Assembly (NCBI GenBank): GCA_030324005.1
Contig: JARDVH010000163.1
Location: 91,361,494-91,425,493, forward strand
Direction: 5' to 3'
Source of the DNA: Negaprion brevirostris
Lineage: Eukaryota
Length of the DNA: 64,000 nucleotides
In this document: positions 35,897-48,364 of the stretch, piece after piece
Layout: each line of letters begins with the position of its first letter
Numbering within the stretch: the first letter of the stretch is position 1
Position numbers and translations under genes: made by a program
The notes under the pieces: model-generated
What the model was told of the DNA's origin: nothing
The model's database searches: none
The model's input: the letters and a program-made list of their open reading frames with translations, nothing else

Positions 35897-37237
35897 NNNN
35901 NNNNNNNNNNNNNNNNNNNNNNNNNNNNNNNNNNNNNNNNNNNNNNNNNNNNNNNNNNNNNNNNNNNNNNNNNNNNNNNNNNNNNNNNNNNNNNNNNNNN
36001 NNNNNNNNNNNNNNNNNNNNNNNNNNNNNNNNNNNNNNNNNNNNNNNNNNNNNNNNNNNNNNNNNNNNNNNNNNNNNNNNNNNNNNNNNNNNNNNNNNNN
36101 NNNNNNNNNNNNNNNNNNNNNNNNNNNNNNNNNNNNNNNNNNNNNNNNNNNNNNNNNNNNNNNNNNNNNNNNNNNNNNNNNNNNNNNNNNNNNNNNNNNN
36201 NNNNNNNNNNNNNNNNNNNNNNNNNNNNNNNNNNNNNNNNNNNNNNNNNNNNNNNNNNNNNNNNNNNNNNNNNNNNNNNNNNNNNNNNNNNNNNNNNNNN
36301 NNNNNNNNNNNNNNNNNNNNNNNNNNNNNNNNNNNNNNNNNNNNNNNNNNNNNNNNNNNNNNNNNNNNNNNNNNNNNNNNNNNNNNNNNNNNNNNNNNNN
36401 NNNNNNNNNNNNNNNNNNNNNNNNNNNNNNNNNNNNNNNNNNNNNNNNNNNNNNNNNNNNNNNNNNNNNNNNNNNNNNNNNNNNNNNNNNNNNNNNNNNN
36501 NNNNNNNNNNNNNNNNNNNNNNNNNNNNNNNNNNNNNNNNNNNNNNNNNNNNNNNNNNNNNNNNNNNNNNNNNNNNNNNNNNNNNNNNNNNNNNNNNNNN
36601 NNNNNNNNNNNNNNNNNNNNNNNNNNNNNNNNNNNNNNNNNNNNNNNNNNNNNNNNNNNNNNNNNNNNNNNNNNNNNNNNNNNNNNNNNNNNNNNNNNNN
36701 NNNNNNNNNNNNNNNNNNNNNNNNNNNNNNNNNNNNNNNNNNNNNNNNNNNNNNNNNNNNNNNNNNNNNNNNNNNNNNNNNNNNNNNNNNNNNNNNNNNN
36801 NNNNNNNNNNNNNNNNNNNNNNNNNNNNNNNNNNNNNNNNNNNNNNNNNNACCAGGAATTTCTACTGTTCTCCCTCTTCCCGCCCCCCACCCCCACCCCC
36901 TTGGTGGATATTGGAAGAATTCACAAGTTGACATCATGAATGCATCTTCCCTGGCCAGTAAGTCCTGGAGTGGGACTTAAACCTAAAACTTCTGGCTCAG
37001 AAGCAGAGATGCTACTGACTGCACCACATGAACTCCTGCCATCCTGAAAGGAACAGCACTTTTTTCCTGCTCATGCAAATGAGGCAAACAGGTTTTGAAT
37101 GCTAGATACAAGAGTCATAGTTAAGTCATGGCCTTCAGCATTCAATGGGAGGATATCAAGCTGAAAAGAAATATGAGTCCTGAGAAAGCATATTCAGAGT
37201 AGATACAAGTAGCTCATCATCCAGCAAGGAAGATATG

Positions 37238-37546
37238 GGTGGGACAGTGGTTAGCACTGCTGCCTTGTTGCACCAGGGATCTGGGTTCGATTCCTGGCTT
37301 ATGTATGGAGTTTGCACATTCTCCCCATGTTTGCGTGAGTTTCCTCTGAGTGCACCGGTTTCCTCCTACAGTCCAAAGATGTGTGGGTTCGGTTGATTGG
37401 CCATGTTAAATTGCCTCCTAGTATCAGGGGGACTAGCTAGGGTAAACACATGAGGTTGTGGGGATAGGGCCTGGATGGGATTGTGGTTGGTGCAGACTCA
37501 TTGGGCCGAATGGCCTCCTTCAGCACTGTAGGATTCTATGATTCTA
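37238..37546 (+). mobile_element. V-SINE, full length, CR1-type tail
   Basis: A-box-like AGTGGTTAGCAC, B-box GGTTCGATTCC, V-domain, tail GGGCCGAATGGCCTCCTTCAGCACTGTAGGATTCTATGATTCTAT. Confidence 0.9.
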
Positions 37547-37947
37547 TATTACAGGGTGAGAATCTGGTCGTTGTGGTACATGTGGGTGCCAATGACATAG
37601 GCAAAATGGGAACTAGGGATCTGCAGAGGGAGTATGCAAAGCTGGGAATCAAATTAAAAAGCAGAACCAACAAGGTGGTTATCTCTGGATTACTATCTGA
37701 ACCACATGCAGATGGGCGTAGGGTAAATAGGATTAAAGAGATGAATGGGTGGCTCAGGGATTGGTGTGGGAGGNNNNNNNNNNNNNNNNNNNNNNNNNNN
37801 NNNNNNNNNNNNNNNNNNNNNNNNNNNNNNNNNNNNNNNNNNNNNNNNNNNNNNNNNNNNNNNNNNNNNNNNNTATTGAATGGCAGGGCAGGCTCGAAGG
37901 GCTAGATGGCCTACTCCTGCTCCTATTTCTTATGTTCTTATGTTCTT
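37547..37947 (+). mobile_element. CR1 LINE: ORF1 SGNH-esterase domain, gap, then 3' tail
   Basis: VVVHVGANDIG...LGIKLKSRTNKVVISGLL.EP.A...R...I.EMN.WL..WC is the CR1 ORF1 esterase (G.ND block). After the 100-N gap comes the tail GATGGCCTACTCCTGCTCCTATTTCTTATGTTCTTATG. Confidence 0.85.
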
Positions 37948-38211
37948 ATTGTCAGGAAATTGTTTTCTACAGACAACAAGCTCATTACCTTTTTCTTCAG
38001 CTGTAGCAGGCCAAGTCCCTGTTCAAGGCTGGCATCGCTCCCAGTTTGAAGCTCAGGAGCCTTCTTCCCAATATGTAAATAGTCCTGAAGCTGGAAACAT
38101 TGTTCGGATCAGGGTAAAACCTCAAGAATGAAATGAATTTCTGTCCCAACAGTGATGCCTTCACTTCATGTGGAGAGGCAAACAAGCACAGTCTTCAAAT
38201 GTTCTGACTGA

Positions 38212-38438
38212 ATTAAAATGACAACTATCAAAATAAGAGGAGACAGAATTGTTTCATTTTTATAATGTTTGTATGTAAGAGCATTTTGTTGTGTTGAAAA
38301 ATCAAAGCTTTTCTATGCTGCTTGTATTAAAGTGACAACTATTTAAATGAAACAAGGTGGAGTTGTTTCATTTTTATAATGACCATACGTAAAAGCATAT
38401 TGTGGAGTTGAAAATCGGAAGTTCTCCTAAGCTGCTGA
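38212..38438 (+). repeat. Diverged tandem duplication, two ~114-bp units
   Basis: ATTAAA.TGACAACTAT...TTGTTTCATTTTTATAATG...GTAA.AGCAT.TTGT.G.GTTGAAAA starts at 38212 and again at 38326. Confidence 0.8.
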
Positions 38439-38849
38439 ATGCAAATGTTATTCAAAAATTTGACCATTCAGCTTTCATGTTTTATTTGGAAGTGCACTTT
38501 TGAAAAAACCTAATACTGAAAGATTATAGAAATGGATTGAAAATTACTGAGAGCAATGATGGAACCTATTATTTTGCAGGAGATATTTAGGTTACTCTTT
38601 CACTGGGTATGACCCATAGAACAGAAAGATTAGAAATATTTCCAACTGTATTCTGCAAATTGTTAATCAATTGAATTGTAAGAGGAATAATGTTCATTAA
38701 ACTAGAGAAGTTATATTTTAAGGTCAAGCCAAACAGTAGTGTAGCTTATTAAAGTATCTAAAAATAATAATAAAACAGCATAGTTCAGGCTTTAAAGCTG
38801 CAGACATGAATCTGTTGTAATTTTTTTTAGTAATCACTTTTTAAGGAGT

Positions 38850-39985
38850 TCATAGTCGTAGAATAATATATTGGTGAATAATACAGAATCATGCCCTTTG
38901 GGCCATCATGTTAATGCCAACCATCAAATGTCAATCTATACTAATCCCGTTTACCAGCACTTAGTCCATAGGCTGCTATGCCTTGACAATTTACATACTC
39001 ATCCAGAAGCTTCTTAAATGTTGTGAGGGTACCTGCTTCTGCTGCCCTCTAAGACAGCATGTTACACACTTCCACCAGCCTCTGGATCAAAAACATTTTC
39101 CTCAGATACCCTCTAAACTATTTAGTCTGCACCTTAAACCTGTGCCCTCTGGTTTTAGACACCTTTGCCATGAGGAACAGATTCTTATGATCTACCCTGT
39201 CTATGCCTCTCATAATTTTGTATACCTCTGTCAGATCCCCCCCCCACCCCCCCCCATCAACCTCCTCTGCTCCAGGAGAAACAAACCCAACCTACCCAGT
39301 TTCTCCTCATAGCTGACAATATCCATCCCAGGGAACATCCTGATGAATATCTTCTGCACCCTCTCAGTGCAATCATGTCCTTCCAATAGTGTGGTGACCA
39401 GAACTGCACACGATACTCATGTGTGGCTTAACTAATGTTTTATAAAGCTGTACCAAAAGCTCCCTGCTCCTATATTCAATGCCCTGGCTAAAGAGGGCAA
39501 ATATTCTGTATGCCTTCTCCACCATCCTATCTACCTGCGCTGACACCTTCAGGAACCTATGNNNNNNNNNNNNNNNNNNNNNNNNNNNNNNNNNNNNNNN
39601 NNNNNNNNNNNNNNNNNNNNNNNNNNNNNNNNNNNNNNNNNNNNNNNNNNNNNNNNNNNNNCCTTCAGGAACCTATGAACTTGTTCATCAAGGTCCAGTT
39701 GTTTCTCAATACTCCCAGGAATCTACTATTCATTGTGAAAATCGTACCCTTATTAGACCTCCCAGAATGCATCATCTGACACTTATCAGGATTAACTTCA
39801 ATCTGCCATTGCTCTGCCCAACTCACCAGCTGGTCAGTATCAGTCTGCAACTTAAGACTATCCACCTCACCCTCAACATCACCACCAATTTTCACGTCAC
39901 CTGCAAATTTATTAATTACATTCTACATCCACATCCAAGTCTTAATGTATATAACAAACAGCAAGGGTTCCAGCACTGATTCCTA
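38850..39985 (-). mobile_element. CR1 LINE 3' ~1.1 kb
   Basis: KIGGDVEGEVDSLKLQTDTDQLVSWAEQWQIEVNPDKCQMMHSGR; CR1 3' UTR at 38850-39100. Confidence 0.85.
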
Positions 39986-41039
39986 TGAGCTGTATCATGT
40001 AACAAAAGTGTTGTGAAAGGCAAGTTCCATAAGATCAGATTTGGGCTGGCCAAGTTTAAGTTCAAAGGTAAAGGTACATTGAAGCTTTTTGGAAATGTTA
40101 GGTGGAACTTTACAGCTCCTCCAGAAGCAGTTTGGGCTTGGGGATCATAAAACCAGGGTGCCTTGGTGGCCGGTACATACATTGCATCTACTGGTATTTC
40201 ACTAGCAGTGGGGAGGGTTGGAGCATCAGCATGAGGAGACCACATGTTTCTAGGCCAATTGAGACTCTTAGATGGTGTTACAATCCCACAAAAAGATATT
40301 TGACCTTCCAGCGACTGACTGAAAGGATCATACAATAAAATGGAGTCTCCTCTCGAACCCAAGTGAGGAAAACCTTGCAGCCTCCATTAGATTCTCATGA
40401 TCTCAGTCTCTTCAATCTGAGTTTGAGTCATCATTTGTGTTCTGCATGGTGAATAATTATCATTTTCTCTGATTCAGGTGTAGAATTTGTGATCTCTGTT
40501 TTCTTGCTCAGGTTCTTGATGACTGACTTGGATCTGTTGGGTTCAGTGATATCTCAGGACATCCTATAACCCAATGCTAAAATGGCTTTTCCATTTGTAA
40601 AGCTGCAAGAATGTAAATTTTCTACCCTCCCAAAACGCACCTTCATGGCAATGTGAATCCATAAGCCTTGTACCCAGGTAGAAATGCTAATTTACTATCT
40701 CATGGACTTCCAGTTGAGTTATATTTTGAAATTAAACCAAAAGTTTAAAATATAACTGTTTATAAAACCTGACACTCTAATACCTGCCTGTGAGACTTGG
40801 AAATTAACTGTCCACCCACGGTGTTACCTTACCATTGTCCACAGATGTGAACACCTTGCTGTTTCTAACCATTAAGTCAAGCTGGACTTTAACAACCAAG
40901 TCATCCAGGTCACATGATTCCTCTATTCATTCCTCACTTTACCATAAGTTAAAGCAATAGTCCAAAAATGTAACAATCATATAAACTTTATATTTGTAAC
41001 CGTAGCCAAGTAATGGTCACATAAAAACCTTTCTCCACC

Positions 41040-41510
41040 GTTGATGATATTTTCCCAATTGTAGGACATGCCCACACCACGTAGCAATGCTGTCAGGCAA
41101 CCTGCACCCAAAGAAAATCCACCCCATGGTTCTCCTTCCCCACCCCGATGCCTCCCTTTTCAACCCTCCCAAGCCCAGTTCTCCACTTGTCTGACCGGGG
41201 CCTGCGAGACTGGTTCAGACTGACTCACACTCTCACCTGGCTCTGACAATGTTCCTTGTCAGACACTCCCTCCAGTCCCAGAAGTGACCATCACTTCTTG
41301 TGGCACTGCTGGAATGAGAGAGCTGGCCTCCATTTGATTAGCTGGTAGACCTTGGAGGTGGGAGTTCCTCCACAATGGTGGCAGGAGTTTTAGCTTGAGC
41401 CAATGAACAGTCCAATGCCTGTAAAATTGGCTCGGGTGACCTGGCCAAGCAGTTACAGGCTGAACTATTCTGCCAGGAGCAGGATCATAGCTTCTTGTGA
41501 AATTCAACCC
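41040..41510. mobile_element. Harbinger-like MITE remnant
   Basis: GC-rich block ending in a TIR-like GTGAAATTCAACCC. Confidence 0.4.
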
Positions 41511-43304
41511 ATTGTGAATATGAAATGCATGTTTGCAACTTGATAACACTTCCTAACTGACTCCATAAAGTTTTCAGTATACAAGCTGCTTTTCTATGGC
41601 TATGGTACAATACTAAAATTCTAACAAAATGTGAGAGAAGTTTTACCTGAGTGCCCCTACTGATTTATATTTGATTTTGTCTGCTAACAATATTAATGTA
41701 TTACTCATGTCAGTTTAATACAGCAAAGCATCAAATTGTTTTGAAACAAACAAAATTTACTGACCGCTGAATGGTGAAGCTACAAGAATGTAAATTTTCA
41801 ATTTTGTTCTACTCGCGTTGCCTTTTATTCAATTGTGTAGCCATGAGTACAACAGTAAAAAGTAATCAAAAGGGGATAATTACAATGATGATCCACAGCC
41901 AAGCAACACAAAATAAGAGAAACATCTGAATAAATGATATTGATATAGTAAATGTTCAGAAGTTGCTGCAAGTGGATGCCTCACCATCCATGCATCTGTG
42001 ATCCTTCACAATCCACTTTTCCGAGGCAATATATCAGACAGGCACCTGGGCCATTTCCAGCACAGCTGCAAGCCCTCTCATCAGGAAGACTAGCTTTTTA
42101 AAACCTGAACTATTGCCCCTCAGGCCCTGATCAATGCTTGACAGCAGAGAAGTACAACTGAGGATTTGGGGGTGTGGCTGTCGAGAGAGAGCAGTTATTG
42201 CATCACCGTGTCCTGTCTCCAAATTCCATCATTATGCTCAATTTACAGTCAGAACCCTAAACATACTCCAAGTCCCCCTGATATCTAAACTCGAGTATAA
42301 TCACGTGAATAGAGAGAACTGGAAATGTGAGAAAGGCCAGTAGATCTATACGACATGGTACATTAGTGAATTGTGTATACATGTCTGATCCAGAGCAATG
42401 AAGCAAATCATCAATGTAGAAATTCCCTAACACAGAACAGTGACTGCAGTTCAAAGCCATTCATGTATCTGACTGCTTTGGCATGTTACTGAGTAGGATA
42501 ACAAAATACTAAATTCAGGTCATTTTATTATTAGCGTTGTTACAACACCAAACCTATGAATCAATAATTCACACATGCATTTAAAATCATCTTCTACTAT
42601 CCCATTTGATTTACTTAGTTTCAAACCAACTCTTTTGATTATTTGTTTTTTCCCCACAATCTTGAGTGTTTTTAAATGTGCATTTTCTACGTCATTGCAC
42701 ATTGGGACCTTAAGGTGAAGTCAAGTTAGAGGGTGGACAACAATTGTGCTGAGCCTTTCAGTTGTCGTTTTCAATCTCTATTTTAAAATTATGTATTCAA
42801 ATTTTATTTTTATACTTCATTATGAATTCCTACATCCTTATTTATGATGGAAACTGCCAAAGTAAACTTGTGTGCTTAGAGTCTTCTACCGTGCCATATC
42901 TTGGAACAGGCTGACTGTATCATGGATTGCTTGACAGCCTATTCCAGGANNNNNNNNNNNNNNNTCAAGGAGTTATTGGAGTATTCTCTGAGCTGCTTCC
43001 CTCAAGGGGAAAACACAGGGAACAGGATTCTGATTGCACAATCAGTAGGGGAATGACCCTGGCGAATCAGAAATATCTTTAAACATCTTGGCAAGCCAAA
43101 GCAAATTTCCTTTCATCTTAGTGATTTCCCAACCATTTGCTGCACACACAGACTGAGGCTGTGGATAAGCTTCATATGTGATGTTTCTGATGGTCTGCCA
43201 GCATTCTTCTCCACAAGAGGACTCCTGGGATCATGATTGATTTAGACCTGCAGCCAGAGTCCAATACATGCCTCTACTGTATCAGACTGCATGTCTACTG
43301 CATC

Positions 43305-43906
43305 CACCTAAACAGAGAGCTAAGAAGAGCCAGGAGGAGACATGAGAAGTCTTTGGCAGGCAGAATCAAGGAAAACCCTAAAGCTTTCTATAGGTATGTC
43401 AGGAATAAAAGAATGACTAGGGTAAAATTAGGGCCAGTCAAGGACAGTAGTAGGGAGTTGTGCGTGGAGTCCGAAGAGATAGGAGAGGCGCTAAATGAGT
43501 ACTTTTCATCAGTATTCACACAGGAAAAAGACAATGTTGTCAAGGAGAATACTGAGATACAGGCTGTTAGACTAGAAGTGATTGAGGTTCATAACGNNNN
43601 NNNNNNNNNNNNNNNNNNNNNNNNNNNNNNNNNNNNNNNNNNNNNNNNNNNNNNNNNNNNNNNNNNNNNNNNNNNNNNNNNNNNNNNNNNNNNNNNNNNN
43701 NNNNNNNNNNNNNNNNNNNNNNNNNNNNNNNNNNNNNNNNNNNNNNNNNNNNNNNNNNNNNNNNNNNNNNNNNNNNNNNNNNNNNNNNNNNNNNNNNNNN
43801 NNNNNNATTGGAATAGTGTAGATTAGATGGGCTTTAGATTGGTTTTCATAGGTCGGCGCGACATCAAAGGCCGAAGGGCCTGTACTGTGCTGTTATGTTC
43901 TATGTT
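43305..43906 (+). mobile_element. Relatively young 5'-truncated CR1 LINE (ORF2 tether region, gap, 3' tail)
   Basis: Open frame RELRRARRRHEKSLAGRIKENPKAFYRYVRNKRMTRVKLGPVKD...EALNEYFSSVFT; tail GGCCGAAGGGCCTGTACTGTGCTGTTATGTTCTATGTTC. Confidence 0.9.
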
Positions 43907-44134
43907 CACTGGCTCCTTGTGCTTTCCTTTTATCTCACTGGCTTTGAATTTTTCATCAACACTGTTTGTACCCTTCCATGGGATAGGTGTCTTTGGGTTG
44001 CTGAGTACTGAGCGGGAAAGAGTAAACAAACAGGTGACCAAGCATCTTGTATTTTACGGGATTGTCCTATAAGTTAACCGTTTTTCCCATTCCTCGTATT
44101 ATGTCTTCTCAGGATGCCATTTGTCCTGTTTTTT

Positions 44135-44740
44135 AATTGAATTTCATAATAATTGAAATAATTGAATTGGGAAACTGCCTGACCTGGGATAAAAGACTAG
44201 ACAGTGGGGAATATTGTACTCTATTGGCAATTGCAGAAAGAAGTAGAGTTGGAAGAGGATAAGGCAATAAGCTATACATGGAAGAGGTATTCGGTGGCTT
44301 TGTCTTGATTGGGATGATGGAAGTAAAGAGCGCCTTAAAATGAAAAACTGAAGGGGTGGTCATGAATATGGCTGATGATGTTTTTATGGAGGGAAGGGTT
44401 AAGAGAAGATAGACCAACAGGAAAATCAGGGAAGGCAAGAGGAGCTGAGATTCAGATTCACACCACCAAGTACAGGAAGTCACTTGGTGCAGGATCTACA
44501 GACAGACAGGGAGGTATTCTGGTGAGAAACTCAGAATGGGTCTCGGTGGAGCAACAGAGAACAAAAATATAGAAGAACAGATGAGGGAGTACAACTTGGT
44601 GAAGTGCCCAGAGGAGTAGAGCTGAAATAACGGAATGGATGAAAGTGAGATTTGAAGATAAGGGCCACGATGGTTTGGATGGGGCAGGCGGTGATGTGTA
44701 TAACCAGGAGAGGAGGCTTCAGTAAGGTGAAAGTATCACC
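44135..44740 (-). mobile_element. Degraded L2-like LINE RT fragment
   Basis: Purine-rich + strand typical of antisense L2; weak relics of the PQGS.LGP.LF..Y and FH.YADD regions. Confidence 0.45.
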
Positions 44741-45914
44741 GCCTGTGAGTTGTCAAAACAAAATATAATTATAATTTCGCTTGTTAAAAACACAGTGCAA
44801 TAAGAACAACAGTGAAATAGGTTTTCTATTGAATAAATATAAAACAGCAGCCTTTTTGATATATTTTCTAGGAAATCAAGCAGTGGAAATGTTAACTGCT
44901 CATTTTGAATTCCATGAGAAAACACACAAAACAATTAAAATAAACCTACTCTATTCATGCTAATTACATCCAATTAAGTTTGAACTGCAGTGAACTATTG
45001 ATCATTATCACTATCCTTGCTTTCCTGGTTGATTTAACTTACTGTGATTGAACAGGCAATCTGGACACCCTGAGAAGGGCAATTCTCGCATTCTCGCTGT
45101 TAGCAGCTTTGGTCTTAATCTCCAAGAAGACACTCTGCTCTTTCTTCTTTTATCTTAGCTTCTTTCTGGATATGCAAATGTGTAACCTAAGGCAAATGCT
45201 GATATGTAACATGCTCCCAAACCTGTCAGCCAGAATTCGATATTGCACCAATGCACAGATTTCAAACCCATGGCAAATCCAGCTCTGGTTTACTTGCATG
45301 TTTACAAACCACAGACACATTAATAAACACCTTCCTCCGACACATTGAAACAATTGTGATTTTGTTATTCTGCTGAAATTCTTTCCAGTTATCCTGCAAC
45401 ATGCCGCCTTTTACTTTATTTGTAATTAGAGAAACAGCAAAATGTTCTCACATCTCACTTATGGACCAGTTTAAGATCATCAGTCACCCCAAAACATGTG
45501 TCATTTGATCAATTAAAGAAACAGAACTCATTCCATTTAGACAGCGGTAACTTATCTGTTTGTTTTCTTACATTGCACTTTGGACTTGGTGTTTAGGACA
45601 AACACAAAATAAAGTGGTTGCAGGTTTGGCATAAGGAAATGCATGGTCAGGTCTGAGTAGAGAGAGTAGGGATGCAAGGGCATTTCAGAATACTGAAATT
45701 GTGGCCTCTTTCCAAATTTCAAACCTAATCATCCAAAGCTAACCACATCTTTGCAGATTTAGTCACTTACAACACCAACTAATTAATATGATGCACAATT
45801 AATATAACACTTTGAAACATATGACGAACTAGGATTTTTTTGAATTGTGACTATTTCTATTCCAAGTAAGACAAATTACCCTTGATCTTTATATTGATTC
45901 AATCTTGTATTCAC

Positions 45915-46220
45915 TTCAATAATGACCCAGGTTTGACCATGGCAGATGGTGTAATTTGATTTTTTAAAAATCTGGACTTAAGGATCTACTGGTGACCATT
46001 GTTGATTGTAGGAAAAACCCATTTACTAATGCCCTGCAGGGAAAGAAATCTGCTGTCCTCACCTGGTCTGTCCAATATGTGACTCCAGAGCCACAGCAAT
46101 GTGGTTGACTCTCAACTGCCCTCTGAAATGGCCTAGTGAGCCATTCAGTTCAACGGCAACTAGAGATGGGCAATAAATGTTGGCCAGCCTGTGATGCCGT
46201 GCCCACAAACGAATTTAGAA
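45915..46220 (+). mobile_element. SINE with tail shared with the LINE at 48365
   Basis: GGGAA.GAAATCTGCTGTCCTCACCTGGTCTG...GTGACTCCAGAGCCACAGCAATGTGGTTGACTCTCAACTGCCCTC; tail GATGGGCAATAAATGTTGGCCAGC. Confidence 0.75.
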
Positions 46221-47561
46221 AACACTCTTTATTTGCACATCAAGATATACCTCTAACTCCAATTGTTTTCTTCACAGAAACATAATATTTTGTTAATGAG
46301 AGATAATGGAAAAAACTAATTCTTAGTAGTATGTGAATTTAGTATCAGGACAAATTTAGAGAATTATGTTTTGTCAGTCACTTTCCTCAGACTTAAAATA
46401 AAAGCAGTATCTCATTATTTCTTACAAGGAGCCTTTGACAAGATTTGCTTTTGTATTGATAGGAAATGGTTATTTCTGTCCAGTCTACTAAAGATACATC
46501 CAGGCTTTATGTTGTATCTGATCAATAATCATTTCATTGTTGTGGGCATGTTTGAATTATTCTTCAGTGTTCTCAATATAGCAGTAAATGGTTTTTTTAA
46601 TATAAATCTTAGCTGACCATAGTCATATCACAATTACAAGCCACTTGTATTTGCAGTTTGGTTTGCCCAATCCAGAAAAAAGCACAAAGGAAAACCTTTC
46701 GCTCACAGCAACCTTAGACAGCCTGGTGGCTAGAATTCACGTTTTGTAAACTGGCTACCCATAGGGTTGTAGATTCAGTTCTGATTAATATTATACTTGC
46801 ATTGTTGACAACAACACTACTCACAACCTGGTTTGAAACTTTACATCAATCTGCAATCACATCAGGATTTCCTTGTTGGATGTCAATAAGAAAAACAATA
46901 CTGGACAAAACAACAAATTGGACTTATTCCATTTTTTATCCAGTCATTATAAAATGCAGTGATTGTTGACGGGCATTTTCAGAATGCTTGGGAGTAATTT
47001 GGAAAAGCTTAATTCCTTGGGCAACAAAATCTAGTCAGCTCTAGAGCTGGGTTTGCGCCCCCCACCCCCCCATTATAATGGTGACTGTGGCTTACTTGTG
47101 CTGTATTAGAATTTTTAACTCAACAAGGAGTTTTTTTTTAATTTCTTAGTATAAAAATTAGTTCACTCTTTTGAGGATTCAACTACTTGTGAGGAATCTT
47201 GCAAGTCCTTGTGTTTTATCAACAAATTACTGGCTTTCTTTGCTTAACCAAGGGTATTTTGTTTTAAAAAATACAGTTGGTACTCATTAAAAGTTGTAGA
47301 ACTAACAAGGAATGCAGTTTTCTCTCTTTGCAAGACCTGCATGTCATATTAAAGCTGAGCTTAGTTATGTGTCAGTTGCTAATTCAGGACAGGCAAATCA
47401 GCACGCATGATCAGCTGTGTCGTTTTGCGACATTCTCTGTCTGTTGAGCACACTCCTGCAGTGCACAAGAAAATAGGGCAACCATAGTCAGTGAGAAGGA
47501 GTCACTGGGGTCAGACAGGGCTTTGATCCTTAACTGACAGATTAGATCAGATGGCAGATTG

Positions 47562-47562
<1 letters not shown>

Positions 47563-47639
<77 letters not shown>
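47563..47639 (+). repeat. Perfect (TG)n microsatellite, ~38 units
   Basis: Directly visible; explains the HTHT and CVCV ORFs. Confidence 0.98.
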
Positions 47640-47643
<4 letters not shown>

Positions 47644-48364
47644 CCCTGGATCTTTTTCGAACATACATACTGATGTATTTTGAGATTTTCTCAGTGTCTC
47701 ATGTGACACAAAGGCAACAGAGAAATTGCTTTTTAAAATTTGCTTCTTTCCTTTCACTGGTTGAAATAAACTTTGGAAATAAACTTTCAAAGAAAATTCC
47801 TTTCATTAAAAAAAAGGAGCAAGAGTAAGCCATTCAGCTCCGCAAGTCTTTTTTTGAATATGAGGTTTAGATATTTACTTTTCTGAAGTATGTAAGCAAA
47901 TTGCTACTTCTGCTTGTAAACACAGATGATATTTAGGTGTGTTCAGACCAGTATATTAACAAGGGAAATCTTGGTCAACAACCTAAGAGAAGTGATTTTA
48001 TCACCAACTTTAAGGTATTATGCTTTATTTAAGTTGGATAATAAGTCTGGATCATTCAAAATCTTTTTTTCAAAAGTCTTTTCTAAATGCTTCTGCCTGT
48101 ATCATTAATTCACTGCAATAATTACTCTGATTTATGTTTTCCTATTTTCTCCTGACCCCCGGTGTAAAGTTCCACAGTGAGTAGGACACGGTACCCTGAT
48201 ATGTACCTTACCCAAATGACTATTTGTTTGAGGGCTTTGACAGAGACAGTTGGCAAACTGTTCAGTGATGCATTACAGTGAAGCCTGATCTTATTGTTAT
48301 CCAACATGCACCCATGTGAACTTCCAGCAGGCTCCCTGGGTAGTTAGTGATAAGTCTGACTCTT

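Noticed and set aside
32022-36980. Long ORFs of 300-420 aa (also 13095-13892)
   Set aside because: They consist almost entirely of N-gap translation.
38001-38131. Exon after CCTTTTTCTTCAG encoding VAGQVPVQGWHRSQFEAQEP...
   Set aside because: No recognisable protein similarity and no strong donor; unsupported without transcripts.
47411-47828. HTHT and CVCV ORFs
   Set aside because: Translation of the (TG)n microsatellite.
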